A stretch of DNA of 63,847 bases, taken from a virus (Duplodnaviria; Caudoviricetes). Positions 30,978-40,235 of this stretch are shown piece after piece. The notes beneath the pieces were generated by a model. The model was given only the letters and a program-made list of their open reading frames with translations. It made no database searches and had not been told where the DNA came from. Position 1 is the first letter of the stretch. Each line of letters starts with the position of its first letter. The translations under genes and the position numbers were made by a program. The stretch lies in IMG/VR virus record IMGVR_UViG_3300025131_000031, positions 1 through 63,847 of that record; one strand, 5' to 3'.

Positions 30978-31006
30978 TTTATATCCTGCGATTTTTTGAT
31001 TATATT
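30978..31006 (+). promoter_or_regulatory. sigma70-like promoter upstream of the ncRNA array
   Basis: TTTATA-17 nt-TATATT, same geometry as the repeated promoters at 48-57 kb. Confidence 0.55.
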
Positions 31007-31021
31007 TATTTATATATTCCT

Positions 31022-31083
31022 ATGAAAGCAAGGTCATGAGTTACTTCTAATGGAAATAGACACTCTAGCCACTAATTCTTCAT
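31022..31083 (+). ncRNA. Y RNA-like unit 1 (62 nt)
   Basis: atgaa/ttcat outer stem; AGCAA; ggt/gcc and gagt/actc inner stems; TACTTC; upstream of rsr. Confidence 0.7.
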
Positions 31084-31124
31084 CGGCCGGTTTAAAAAAT
31101 GGAACAATTGGATTAATAAATAAT

Positions 31125-31194
31125 ATTGGATAGCAAGACAATGGGTTACTTCAAACAGATAAAAGAGATACCCGTCGTCAATTAAACTTCCAAT
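31125..31194 (+). ncRNA. Y RNA-like unit 2 (70 nt)
   Basis: attgga/tccaat; AGCAA; gac/gtc and atgggt/acccgt; TACTTC. Confidence 0.75.
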
Positions 31195-31203
31195 TCTTAC
31201 AAA

Positions 31204-31469
31204 TATTAGAAAGCAAGGAACAGAGATACTTCAAAAAGCGAACAATTAAAATAATCTTTCCGTTTAGATAGTGGAGTTTGATGAAGCTAAGCTAAACATT
31301 GAGAAATTATTGAACTCCTTTTTCCGCCGGTTCGGGAGTTAATGTGGTTAAACCGGAGCCTGATTTACTGGACAGTTTGCAGGTGAACAAAGTTAAACTG
31401 TAATTCATTCTTCTCAGTGGATGAATATACCAAGTTACTGAAAATCCTCTGACCGATCATCTTCTAATA
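31204..31469 (+). ncRNA. Y RNA-like unit 3 (266 nt) with multi-hairpin insert
   Basis: tattagaa/ttctaata; AGCAA; gg/cc and cagag/ctctg; TACTTC; four internal hairpins. Confidence 0.7.
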
Positions 31470-31579
31470 AGAAAATTAAAATAAATCTTCTCGATAGAGA
31501 GAAGAGGTAGATTGCCTCTAAACAAGCTATAATATTATGGTGGACTCCGGACTGGACCAATGCAATCTTGAAATTTTTA

Positions 31580-31660
31580 TGCTGTAGCAAGATGTAGAGT
31601 TACTTCATATAACTGGCACACGCCAGTACCAAACAGCACTCTCATCACCAATACTCAGCA
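31580..31660 (+). ncRNA. Y RNA-like unit 4 (81 nt)
   Basis: tgctg/cagca; AGCAA; gatg/catc and agagt/actct; TACTTC; internal hairpin actggc-acac-gccagt. Confidence 0.75.
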
Positions 31661-31698
31661 GACTAAGCAAATTATATCATTCCTATAGGAGTGACGTA

Positions 31699-31731
31699 GC
31701 TGGCTGTCTCATTGAGATGGCCAGTTTTTTT
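31699..31731 (+). terminator. intrinsic terminator closing the ncRNA array
   Basis: ctggctgtctc-att-gagatggccag followed by a T7 run. Confidence 0.8.
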
Positions 31732-31744
31732 ATTGAAAGGTTTT

Positions 31745-31948
31745 ATGATGAAAATATATTTCGTAACAGCTCACTGGAGGCATTATGGTATGTGTGCAGG
31801 AGTTGTAAGAGCATGGAGTAAAACTAATGCTAAGCATATAATGCATCAGAAATATAAGCGCGACTTTGAATTAAAGAATTTTTCAGCTTTAGAAATAGAG
31901 CCTGAAGGAAAAGAAGAATTGATAGATGATGTTGATTACATGGAATAA
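31745..31948 (+). CDS. hypothetical protein
   Basis: ATG after AAAGG. Confidence 0.55.
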   Translation: MMKIYFVTAHWRHYGMCAGVVRAWSKTNAKHIMHQKYKRDFELKNFSALEIEPEGKEELIDDVDYME

Positions 31949-32187
31949 TGGATAATAAAACTAAACAATTACATTTGAATGCTGCAAGGAAAGCAGGTAT
32001 AGCAAACTCTTGTACTGAAAAAATAGACTACAAGAACTTTGAAACTGCTTTAAAAAGTAGCATATTAATGTCAGGAAAATATAAGAAACCTCTTGAACCA
32101 TATCCCTGTCCTTTTTGTGAAGGATGGCATATTGGTAGAGAGATGTCAAGAAAAGAATTAGAATCACACAACATAACCCCCCTATAA
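31948..32187 (+). CDS. small zinc-binding protein
   Basis: C..K..Y...A...PYPCPFCEGWHIG. Confidence 0.65.
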   Translation: MDNKTKQLHLNAARKAGIANSCTEKIDYKNFETALKSSILMSGKYKKPLEPYPCPFCEGWHIGREMSRKELESHNITPL

Positions 32188-32202
32188 AAAGGAGGCAACA
32201 AA

Positions 32203-33807
32203 ATGGCAAAATTTGCCAAGGTATCACCAAAGAAGTCAGAACAGAAGACATTCACATCTGACGATATCACAGAAACACTCAACGAAGAAGGTGGAAAAGC
32301 TTATACACTTCCATACAAGGAACGACTTGCAACTAGAGTTATGAGCTCCTTGATCAATGAAAAGAAGTTCTATGGAGATAATACAGCTGCATTATTGGCT
32401 GATATTAAGGAATGTGGAGAAAAGGATCCTGAATTCTTGATGAAGCTTGCCGCATATACTCGAAATGTAATGTATTTCAGATCTTCACCAGTATTTGTTT
32501 TAGGACATGCTTCATTGATTAACGAAGTAAAGCCTTTCGTAAGAAAGTGGACACCTCGAATTGTACAGAGAGCTGATGAACCAGCAGAAATTCTTGCATT
32601 GATTGGAACATATTTCACAGAAAAAGGTGAAAAGGCAGTTGTTCCTAACTCAATCAAGAAGGGTTTGGCAGATACTCTCAAAAAGTTTGACGCTTATGCT
32701 CTTATGAAGTACAAGGGAGTTGGTAAGTCGGTTAACTTGTATGATGTATTCAACGTTTGTCACCCAAAGCCAGATGATCAGAAACAAGCCGATCTTTGGA
32801 AGAAGTTTATGAATGGTGAGCTTGAATCCGCTAACACATGGGAAAGAAACCTTTCAGCTGGTGGCAAAAAGACAGAAGGAGAAAAGGCTGAAATTTGGGA
32901 AGAAACAATTCCAGTAATGGGATATATGGCATTGCTTAGAAACCTTAGAAACTTTGCGGAAGCAAATATTTCTAATGAAGCTATTGATTTGGTAGTTGAA
33001 AAGCTAACAAATGAAAAGGCAGTTTTGAATAGCAAGCAGTTCCCATTTAGATTCTTCTCTGCTTGGAGAGAATTGTCTAAGGTAGCAACAGGCCGTGAAG
33101 ATAGAGGTATGTATTACGATGGCCATCCACCAGCCTCTGAACTTGCAAGAGTACTTAAGGCACCTGATAAATCTAATCTTAGAAAGTTGATTGGAGCTAT
33201 TGAAGATGCATTTGAAATTTCGATTAAGAATGTTACTCAATTGCCAGGTACTACAGTTATTATGTCGGATCACTCAGGTTCAATGACTGCACCAATTTCT
33301 GATAGATCTTCAGTTACAAATATGGACATAGCTTTAGTTCTTCACTCAATCGCTGATAAGCTTTCAAAGAAGAATGCCGGTATAATCTTTGGAGAAAGAG
33401 TAGCGACAGTTTCTTCAGAAGGTATTTCGGCAATGAAGTTTATTGATGAAATGAGAAAGAAAGATGTTGGTCATTCAACAAATGCATACAAAGCATTTGA
33501 AGCATTGATCAGATCAGGAGTATCGGTTGATCGTGTAATTCTTCTTTCTGATATGCAATGCTACAGTACAGGATTCTATTTCAGATCTTCATTGTCAGTG
33601 AACGATTCTTGGAAGAAATACAAGAAGATTGCTCCAAATGCTTATCTCCACACAGTGGATCTTTCAGGCTATGGAACATCTCAAGTTGCAATTAACGACC
33701 ATAATGTAGCACTCTATTCTGGTTGGAACACAAAGTTTCTTGATTTGATAGCACAAGTAGAAAGAGGAATTGGATCGCTAATTCAGGACATCGAAAACTA
33801 TAGATAA
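32203..33807 (+). CDS. rsr: Ro60/TROVE-domain RNA-binding protein with vWA domain
   Basis: NEEGGKAY, RADE, PNSIKKGLA, FDAY.L.KY, HPKP, TWE, MGYMALLRNLRN, SKQFPFRF; MIDAS DHSGSM; AGGAGG RBS. Confidence 0.95.
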   Translation: MAKFAKVSPKKSEQKTFTSDDITETLNEEGGKAYTLPYKERLATRVMSSLINEKKFYGDNTAALLADIKECGEKDPEFLMKLAAYTRNVMYFRSSPVFVLGHASLINEVKPFVRKWTPRIVQRADEPAEILALIGTYFTEKGEKAVVPNSIKKGLADTLKKFDAYALMKYKGVGKSVNLYDVFNVCHPKPDDQKQADLWKKFMNGELESANTWERNLSAGGKKTEGEKAEIWEETIPVMGYMALLRNLRNFAEANISNEAIDLVVEKLTNEKAVLNSKQFPFRFFSAWRELSKVATGREDRGMYYDGHPPASELARVLKAPDKSNLRKLIGAIEDAFEISIKNVTQLPGTTVIMSDHSGSMTAPISDRSSVTNMDIALVLHSIADKLSKKNAGIIFGERVATVSSEGISAMKFIDEMRKKDVGHSTNAYKAFEALIRSGVSVDRVILLSDMQCYSTGFYFRSSLSVNDSWKKYKKIAPNAYLHTVDLSGYGTSQVAINDHNVALYSGWNTKFLDLIAQVERGIGSLIQDIENYR

Positions 33808-33829
33808 GTAGTTATTATCATTAACAATT

Positions 33830-33862
33830 ATGCATCAGTATTTTATACTGGTGCATTTTTTT
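33830..33862 (+). terminator. intrinsic terminator after rsr
   Basis: atgcatcagta/tactggtgcat stem followed by a T run. Confidence 0.8.
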
Positions 33863-33885
33863 GTTATGATATTGAAGGAGGTTTC

Positions 33886-34857
33886 ATGAGTGAAAGACTA
33901 GAAGCTTACAGATATTGGCAAGAACTTAGAGCCGAAGCCAGGCATATGAATAAATTAAGTGGCTACGGTTTTTCTGTGTGTTCTATGCATGATCAAGATG
34001 GAATGCTCGATGAAATATTCAGAAGAATTGAAACAAAGAGTAAGAGATTCATTGAATTTGGATGTGGTGAAGGTATGCAGAATAATACTCTGTATCGCCT
34101 ATCCTATTTGGGATGGAAAGGTTTGTGGATAGATGGAGATGCTGAAGTAATTGAAGGAGCAGCAAAGAGATCTGAATATTATAACAATAGAGATGATCTT
34201 GACATTATGCACGAATTGGTCGATAGAGATAATATAGATAAAATCATCAGTGATTATTCTAAAGATGATCTAGATTATGATTTACTAGTAATAGATGTAG
34301 ATTGGAATGACAGTTATATATGGGAAGCTATAGAATGTATAGAGCCAAGAGTAATTTGCATAGAATATAATTCGGCCATTCCATATGATGTAGATCTTAG
34401 AGTTCCTTATAACAAAGATACTCAGTACTCATGTTGGAATGGAGCATCATTCTATGGATCAAGTTTACTATCATTAAATGAGATAGCTACAAAAAAGGGA
34501 TATTCTCTCGTGGGTTGTTCATTAGCAGGATCAGATGCTTTCTTTGTTAGAGATGGTTATGTCAAATCAATAGTAGAAAAATCTGGTAACACAATGTATG
34601 TAAAACCAATGTGGTTTGGTGTTGGTAGAATTTCTCATTTATTTGAACCTTCAAGATTTGATCTATGCTTCAATCTTGGACATCAATCTCATCCCTGGTC
34701 TAATGTAGCTTTGATGGATCATTCGAAAAGGACATTGAAAAAAAATGAAGAAGAGAGATTAGCTAAAGAGAAATTTGATCTATGCTTCAATAAAGAGAAA
34801 GAGAAAAAGACTAAAATACTACCAGCGACAATTGATACAAAAGGACCAAAGATATGA
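33886..34857 (+). CDS. FkbM-like methyltransferase-fold protein
   Basis: QDGML.EIF, IEFGCGEG..N, IDVDWND..IW, PRVICIEYN, KGY.LV. Confidence 0.75.
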   Translation: MSERLEAYRYWQELRAEARHMNKLSGYGFSVCSMHDQDGMLDEIFRRIETKSKRFIEFGCGEGMQNNTLYRLSYLGWKGLWIDGDAEVIEGAAKRSEYYNNRDDLDIMHELVDRDNIDKIISDYSKDDLDYDLLVIDVDWNDSYIWEAIECIEPRVICIEYNSAIPYDVDLRVPYNKDTQYSCWNGASFYGSSLLSLNEIATKKGYSLVGCSLAGSDAFFVRDGYVKSIVEKSGNTMYVKPMWFGVGRISHLFEPSRFDLCFNLGHQSHPWSNVALMDHSKRTLKKNEEERLAKEKFDLCFNKEKEKKTKILPATIDTKGPKI

Positions 34858-34870
34858 AAGGAATGGGAAA

Positions 34871-35617
34871 ATGAGTGAAAAATCCCGCGTGCACATTGAA
34901 CTAGGATGTGGGAATAACAGAAGAGATATGGATGGGTATGAGAATATTGGTGTAGATATTATGAGATCTAATTGTACTGATCTCATAATAAATTTAGGAT
35001 TTGAAAATCTACCATTTGGAGATAAATCTGTTGATATAGTGCAAGCTTACGATGTTCTAGAACATATTCCAAAATGTATTTGGAAGCCTGATATAAATTC
35101 ATACAATATACCCCCAGTAGCAGGAGCAGATAAATCTACAATCATAACAAACCCAATGCGAATGATTAGAGAAAATCCATTAATAAATCTAATGAATGAA
35201 ATATTCAGAGTCCTTAGAGATGGCGGCAGATTTGTAGCTGAAATGCCTTTCTCAAATGAAGCTTATGATAGAGATCCAACACATGTAACTAAATTATCAG
35301 AAGATTGGTTCCACTATTTCAAGAAAGATGATAATCTTTACTATGATCAGGGTTTAGTAAAATGTGATTTTAAGCTAGACACGAATAGATTTAGAGAATA
35401 TAAATGGACCAAGAAAGATATTATGCATACTGAATTGATAGCAGTTAAGTCGAGAGGGAAAGAACCTTCACCAGCTTATAAGATGCTCAATACAACAAGC
35501 AATGATGGTCTGCCTATAGTAATTCCAGAAGATGTTGCAAATGAAGGAGAGAAGAATCGAGCTTCTTCATCGTATGAACGAGACAGTGCTCTTATAACAA
35601 GGCAACCGTTGATATGA
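34871..35617 (+). CDS. SAM-dependent methyltransferase (type 11-like)
   Basis: IELGCG, LPF.D.SVD, VLEH, EIFRVL..GG, DPTH. Confidence 0.85.
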   Translation: MSEKSRVHIELGCGNNRRDMDGYENIGVDIMRSNCTDLIINLGFENLPFGDKSVDIVQAYDVLEHIPKCIWKPDINSYNIPPVAGADKSTIITNPMRMIRENPLINLMNEIFRVLRDGGRFVAEMPFSNEAYDRDPTHVTKLSEDWFHYFKKDDNLYYDQGLVKCDFKLDTNRFREYKWTKKDIMHTELIAVKSRGKEPSPAYKMLNTTSNDGLPIVIPEDVANEGEKNRASSSYERDSALITRQPLI

Positions 35618-35716
35618 AATCGAAATACACTTATTCATTGAGTAAGAAAAAACTAGACATGTTTATAGACGAATACCCTAATGTTAAATTGAATATTTTA
35701 TTTGAGGATCAGTTAA

Positions 35717-36679
35717 ATGAAGGTTATTAAAATTTTAATCATACAGAGTCCACACTATGATTTTTCAGGTGCTACTCTAATAGAAGGTCTTCATATTCTA
35801 CAAGCAAAAGGTGAAGTAGAAGTTTTTACTGCAGAATCGTCTAACTATGCCTCCGGGTTAGATTATTCACATCAATTGGCTAACGACGCAGATATCTTGC
35901 AGTACGGCCGTGAAACGGCCGATCTAGTAGTAAAAACGTCCAATCAAGCCGTTAGATCGGACCTTGTAGAAAGTATAGATAGACCAGAGAAGACAGTTTT
36001 TATAGATGGAGAGGATACTCACCCATATATAGAAGATCCTAAAAAATATCCATTGTATTTCAAAAGAGAAATGCGGTTAGATGTAGATCATCCTAAGAAT
36101 GTTAAGCCATTTCCATTCGCTATCGAAAATAGATATATTCATAATCCCAATGAATGGGAAGATAGAAAATTTGACGTAGCTTGTATGTTTGGGCCTCATG
36201 ATAGTACAAAGCCCTGGCGTAGAGAAATAGAAGATAAACTGAATGATATGGATTTAGAAAATTCAGTGATTGGTCAGTTATATGGAGGAGTTCCAGATAG
36301 ACAAGATATCGATACGGGTAACAGAGATCATCCTGATTATTATAATGTTTTAGCATTGTCGAAAATAGCAGTTGATGCACATGGTGCACATGAATGTAAT
36401 TCGGCTAGATTTTGGGAATCGCTAGCATGTGGATGTCTATTGGTAACTAGAAGAAATCTGATTCACATGCCACATCCCTTTGAAAATGGTATACATATGT
36501 TTGAGTTCCAAGATCCTTTGTCATTGGGATATATCATACCAAATCTTTTAAAGGACGATACAACTATGCAGAAAATAGCAAATGAAGCTCTAGTTCATGC
36601 TATGAATTTCCATACAACTGAAGCTAGAGTCAATCAGTTTTTGAGCGAATGTTATAGAGAAGGATTAATTAACAAATAG
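35717..36679 (+). CDS. glycosyltransferase (CgeB/Glyco_trans_1_2-like)
   Basis: IDGED, YFKRE, SKI, RFWESLACG, HT..AR. Confidence 0.75.
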   Translation: MKVIKILIIQSPHYDFSGATLIEGLHILQAKGEVEVFTAESSNYASGLDYSHQLANDADILQYGRETADLVVKTSNQAVRSDLVESIDRPEKTVFIDGEDTHPYIEDPKKYPLYFKREMRLDVDHPKNVKPFPFAIENRYIHNPNEWEDRKFDVACMFGPHDSTKPWRREIEDKLNDMDLENSVIGQLYGGVPDRQDIDTGNRDHPDYYNVLALSKIAVDAHGAHECNSARFWESLACGCLLVTRRNLIHMPHPFENGIHMFEFQDPLSLGYIIPNLLKDDTTMQKIANEALVHAMNFHTTEARVNQFLSECYREGLINK

Positions 36680-36715
36680 GATGATATTTATTAAAAATAT
36701 CATAGGAGAAGTTCT

Positions 36716-38749
36716 TTGATACTAGAAGGAATTCAGCATATAAACGACCTTAAAATTGACAAGTTTCTAGATCTTGTCAGAAGGTTGAATAATAAAGACA
36801 AATCATTAGAGCTGAGTGTAAAGTTTGATGGATCTGCAAACTTAGGATTTGGCTTAGATGATAAAGGAAAACTATATTTTTCTAGGGATGTGAAGGGTCA
36901 ACCAGATCATAAACATTCTACGAAAGATTGGCCTGGGAAGCCAATGTATAATCCTATTAGGAGTGCTGTCGCTGCATTGCTCAGTGTCAAAGACGTACTT
37001 GAAAAGCAGTTGAAGCCTGGTGATTATGTGGGTTGTGAAGTGCTATTCGAAACTATACCCAATGCTATAGAATATGGAGATAATTATATTATCGTTCATG
37101 ATGCAGCATTCAATTCATTGATTAAAAAGCTTAGACCTACTAAGGCTAAAATAGATTTATACTACTATAATCCTGAATCAAAGAAAATAGATAAGAGCAT
37201 TGAGACTGTTACTTATAGCTTCTCAGGAAAGGAAGTAGTTAGAAGTAACAAGTATAAGCTCTCCATTGGAAATGATATTAATCAATTAGAAGACTTAATG
37301 AAACAAAAAAATAAAACTTTTAAGGATTCTTCTAATTATGATGTGTTAACTTTCAGGGCTGTTGGAAAAGATAAGGATAAAATAAAAAGAGAAAAGGAAA
37401 GTTTAACTAAACAAATATCTAATTTACAACTGGATATAAAGGATAAACTAATAGATTCTATCCTAAATAAGCTATCAGCAGGAGCGATGGCACAACCACC
37501 AGTATTTGATGATAAAGGAAATAATGTAGGAGGAAGTTGGCCAGAGGGTGTAGTAATAAAAGATCTGAAAACAGGAGAGCTATCTAAGATAGTATCGGTC
37601 TTCCCTATTATTAATAAATTCCTTTGGTACTACAGAGAAATGGCAATGTCAGGTGCAGGACCAGCAGGAAGTTTTGTTCCTGGAGTAATGAGAACATTTC
37701 AACATTCAGTTGCCGAAAAAGTATTTGGTATCAAGGGTTTGAAGTCCGTTGGTATAGTAAAAATTATCAACAACAAATATAAATCAGCTACTGCGAATGA
37801 GAAGATTCTCAGGTACTTGAAAGATAATGGATTCAAATTCACTAAAGCTAATTCAGCAAGAAACAGTTTCGTCAATGAAATAAAGAAAGCTATCAAGAGT
37901 CTGAATAAGCTCAAAAGAGAATTTGACAAAACAGGAAAGGAAAAAGTACTCAAGGTTAAGAGAGGCTCATTCAAGAGAGATGTAAAACATGATCCAGTTC
38001 ATATTCGAAAGACTTATGAAACTTTCTTAGACATAGAAACAGAGCTCAATGACTATCTCAAATTAGTTCAGAGAGTAAGTGAAAATACTCCAGAAGGTAC
38101 AGCGGTTCAGCTGTTGAGGATATTCTTTGGTCAAAGAAATTTGAATAAGCTGAATGAGGATTATAATCTTCAAAAATTTGTTATTGAAAAGTTAAATGAA
38201 ATAGGAGTATTGCACGAAGGAGGAACTAATGTAAAAATTGGAGTGTTAGTAGGTAGATTCCAGCCTCCTCAAAGATTGCATATTGAATTAATCAGAAAAG
38301 CTCTAATGAAGAATAATAAAGTGTATGTGTTTGTAGCAGGACAAAAATTAGACAAGAACAGAAATCCTTTCCCACATCAGATCAGAGCTAATGTACTAGC
38401 TAAATTTGTCAAAAGCAATAAGGTCATGATTCATTCAGCTAAATCAGGATTTATTCCAGGCTTAATAGATGAATTTGTAGACTTGAATAATGTCGGTGAA
38501 GTAAATGTTTATGCTGGTACCGATAGAATTGGTGGATATAAGGGAATGTTCAAGAACTATTGGGATCATGATAATGTAAAAGTTAAGGTGAATGAATTGA
38601 AGAGAGATCCTGATTCGGTCAGTGCTACAAAAGTTAGAGAATCTATCAAAAACAATGATTTCAAATCGTTTGTAGACTATATGCCTGAGGGATTATCATT
38701 GACATACTTAACAGGGCTGTTCAAAAAATATAGAAAGTATTTGACATGA
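36716..38749 (+). CDS. fusion of KxDG nucleotidyltransferase/ligase-like domain and HxGH-type cytidylyltransferase-like domain
   Basis: SVKFDGS and EGVVIK in the N-terminal part; GRFQPPQRLH, NPF, GTDR, SATKVR in the C-terminal part. Confidence 0.7.
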   Translation: MILEGIQHINDLKIDKFLDLVRRLNNKDKSLELSVKFDGSANLGFGLDDKGKLYFSRDVKGQPDHKHSTKDWPGKPMYNPIRSAVAALLSVKDVLEKQLKPGDYVGCEVLFETIPNAIEYGDNYIIVHDAAFNSLIKKLRPTKAKIDLYYYNPESKKIDKSIETVTYSFSGKEVVRSNKYKLSIGNDINQLEDLMKQKNKTFKDSSNYDVLTFRAVGKDKDKIKREKESLTKQISNLQLDIKDKLIDSILNKLSAGAMAQPPVFDDKGNNVGGSWPEGVVIKDLKTGELSKIVSVFPIINKFLWYYREMAMSGAGPAGSFVPGVMRTFQHSVAEKVFGIKGLKSVGIVKIINNKYKSATANEKILRYLKDNGFKFTKANSARNSFVNEIKKAIKSLNKLKREFDKTGKEKVLKVKRGSFKRDVKHDPVHIRKTYETFLDIETELNDYLKLVQRVSENTPEGTAVQLLRIFFGQRNLNKLNEDYNLQKFVIEKLNEIGVLHEGGTNVKIGVLVGRFQPPQRLHIELIRKALMKNNKVYVFVAGQKLDKNRNPFPHQIRANVLAKFVKSNKVMIHSAKSGFIPGLIDEFVDLNNVGEVNVYAGTDRIGGYKGMFKNYWDHDNVKVKVNELKRDPDSVSATKVRESIKNNDFKSFVDYMPEGLSLTYLTGLFKKYRKYLT

Positions 38750-38872
38750 TAGGTGATAAAGCACCAAGAGGAAAATTGTTAGACAACTGTTCAGATAAAT
38801 TTCAGTTGATGCTGGTGACCCAGATACTTATAATTATAAGGCGCTGGAATAGAAGAAATTGGAGGGCGATAG

Positions 38873-40147
38873 ATGAAAATATTTGCACCTCAGGATAAAG
38901 TAATCGCTAATGTCGACAGGGCTATTGAACATCTTGAAACCGGTAGCACATCCCCCGTGTTAGTTGAATTCGATCCATCTAATTCATGCAATCATTCATG
39001 CCACTTCTGTTTGAGTGGTCACATACATCTACCTGAATCGAAAGGTTTTCCAACTTTCAATCGAAATATGTTGTCAAGAGATTTGATGATGAGAACCTGT
39101 GAAGAACTTATTGATATGAAAGTTAGAGCAGTGAATTGGACAGGAGGAGGAGAACCAACAGCAAACCCAGCTTTAAAAGAATGCATTGAATATCTTGGCA
39201 AGAATGGAGTCAAGATGGGAATGTTTACTAATGGGACTTTGTTACATACATTTGATTTGTTTGATACGCTATTAGAATATATGACTTGGGTTAGAATTTC
39301 AATTGATGCAGGAGACCCTGATACGTATAATTCTATAAGAAGAACTGTAAAGGGTAAAAATGATTGGAATAGAGCTCTTGAAAATCTTCTTATATTATTG
39401 AATAAGAGATCGAATAAGAGAACAAATTGGTGGAGTACACATGATGAGCTAGCAGTATATCCTATGGGTAGAGGTACTAAAGAAAAATCTTGGCACCCAA
39501 ATCAAATGGATATTGGAGTTGGTTTCGTTATAACTCCCGATACATATAATGGAATAGTTGATTTTGCTGAATGGTTTAGAGATTCAGATGTAGACTATTG
39601 CCAATACAAACCTGAAATTGTTAATGTTGAAAGAGAAGGTGGGATTCAAAGACAAGCTAAATTCTGGAAGGAGAAAGTAAATCCTCTGTTAGATGAAGCA
39701 AGAGATATTCTAGGTGATAAATTTCAGATGAATGGTTACCATTTTGAAGACTTAGAAAATGACCCAAAGCTACTTGGTAGAACATATGAGAAATGTTTAG
39801 GCTCTCAAATATCTCCTTGTATAGGAGCAGATGGTGAAGTCTATGTTTGTCCAAATCATCGAGGACATGAAAGATATTCTTATGGATCATTGCACAAACA
39901 GACTTTCAAACAAATATGGAATGACATAAACAAAAGAAAGAAAGTTATGTCAATCATAGAAGATGAAGAACAGTTCTCAAAATGTACTCAGTTGTGCAAA
40001 CCTCACGAAAGTAATAAAATGTGTTGGACCATACATCAGGCTTTAATAGCTGCAGATTCAGCATCAAAAAAGAAATCATTGAAACAATCATTCTTGGCTT
40101 TGCAAGATAAGAAAAGAGAAAAGATTGATCATTGGGAGTTTATATAG
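38873..40147 (+). CDS. radical SAM / SPASM protein
   Basis: CNHSCHFC, GGGEPT, TNG, RISID; C-terminal IGADGEVYVC...C..C. Confidence 0.9.
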   Translation: MKIFAPQDKVIANVDRAIEHLETGSTSPVLVEFDPSNSCNHSCHFCLSGHIHLPESKGFPTFNRNMLSRDLMMRTCEELIDMKVRAVNWTGGGEPTANPALKECIEYLGKNGVKMGMFTNGTLLHTFDLFDTLLEYMTWVRISIDAGDPDTYNSIRRTVKGKNDWNRALENLLILLNKRSNKRTNWWSTHDELAVYPMGRGTKEKSWHPNQMDIGVGFVITPDTYNGIVDFAEWFRDSDVDYCQYKPEIVNVEREGGIQRQAKFWKEKVNPLLDEARDILGDKFQMNGYHFEDLENDPKLLGRTYEKCLGSQISPCIGADGEVYVCPNHRGHERYSYGSLHKQTFKQIWNDINKRKKVMSIIEDEEQFSKCTQLCKPHESNKMCWTIHQALIAADSASKKKSLKQSFLALQDKKREKIDHWEFI

Positions 40148-40185
40148 AGCGCTAAATTGATTATATATAAAGGAATAAAATTAAT

Positions 40186-40219
40186 GGGGGATGGTGTATT
40201 GTATACTAGACCCCTTTTT
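40186..40219 (+). terminator. probable intrinsic terminator
   Basis: gggg..tggtgta/tatacta..cccc followed by a T run. Confidence 0.55.
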
Positions 40220-40235
40220 CTATAAGGAACTCTAA

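Noticed and set aside
31022-31660. CRISPR array reading of the repeated AGCAA...TACTTC motif
   Set aside because: Repeats are not identical, spacing is irregular, each unit pairs 5' to 3' end, and no cas genes are in the window
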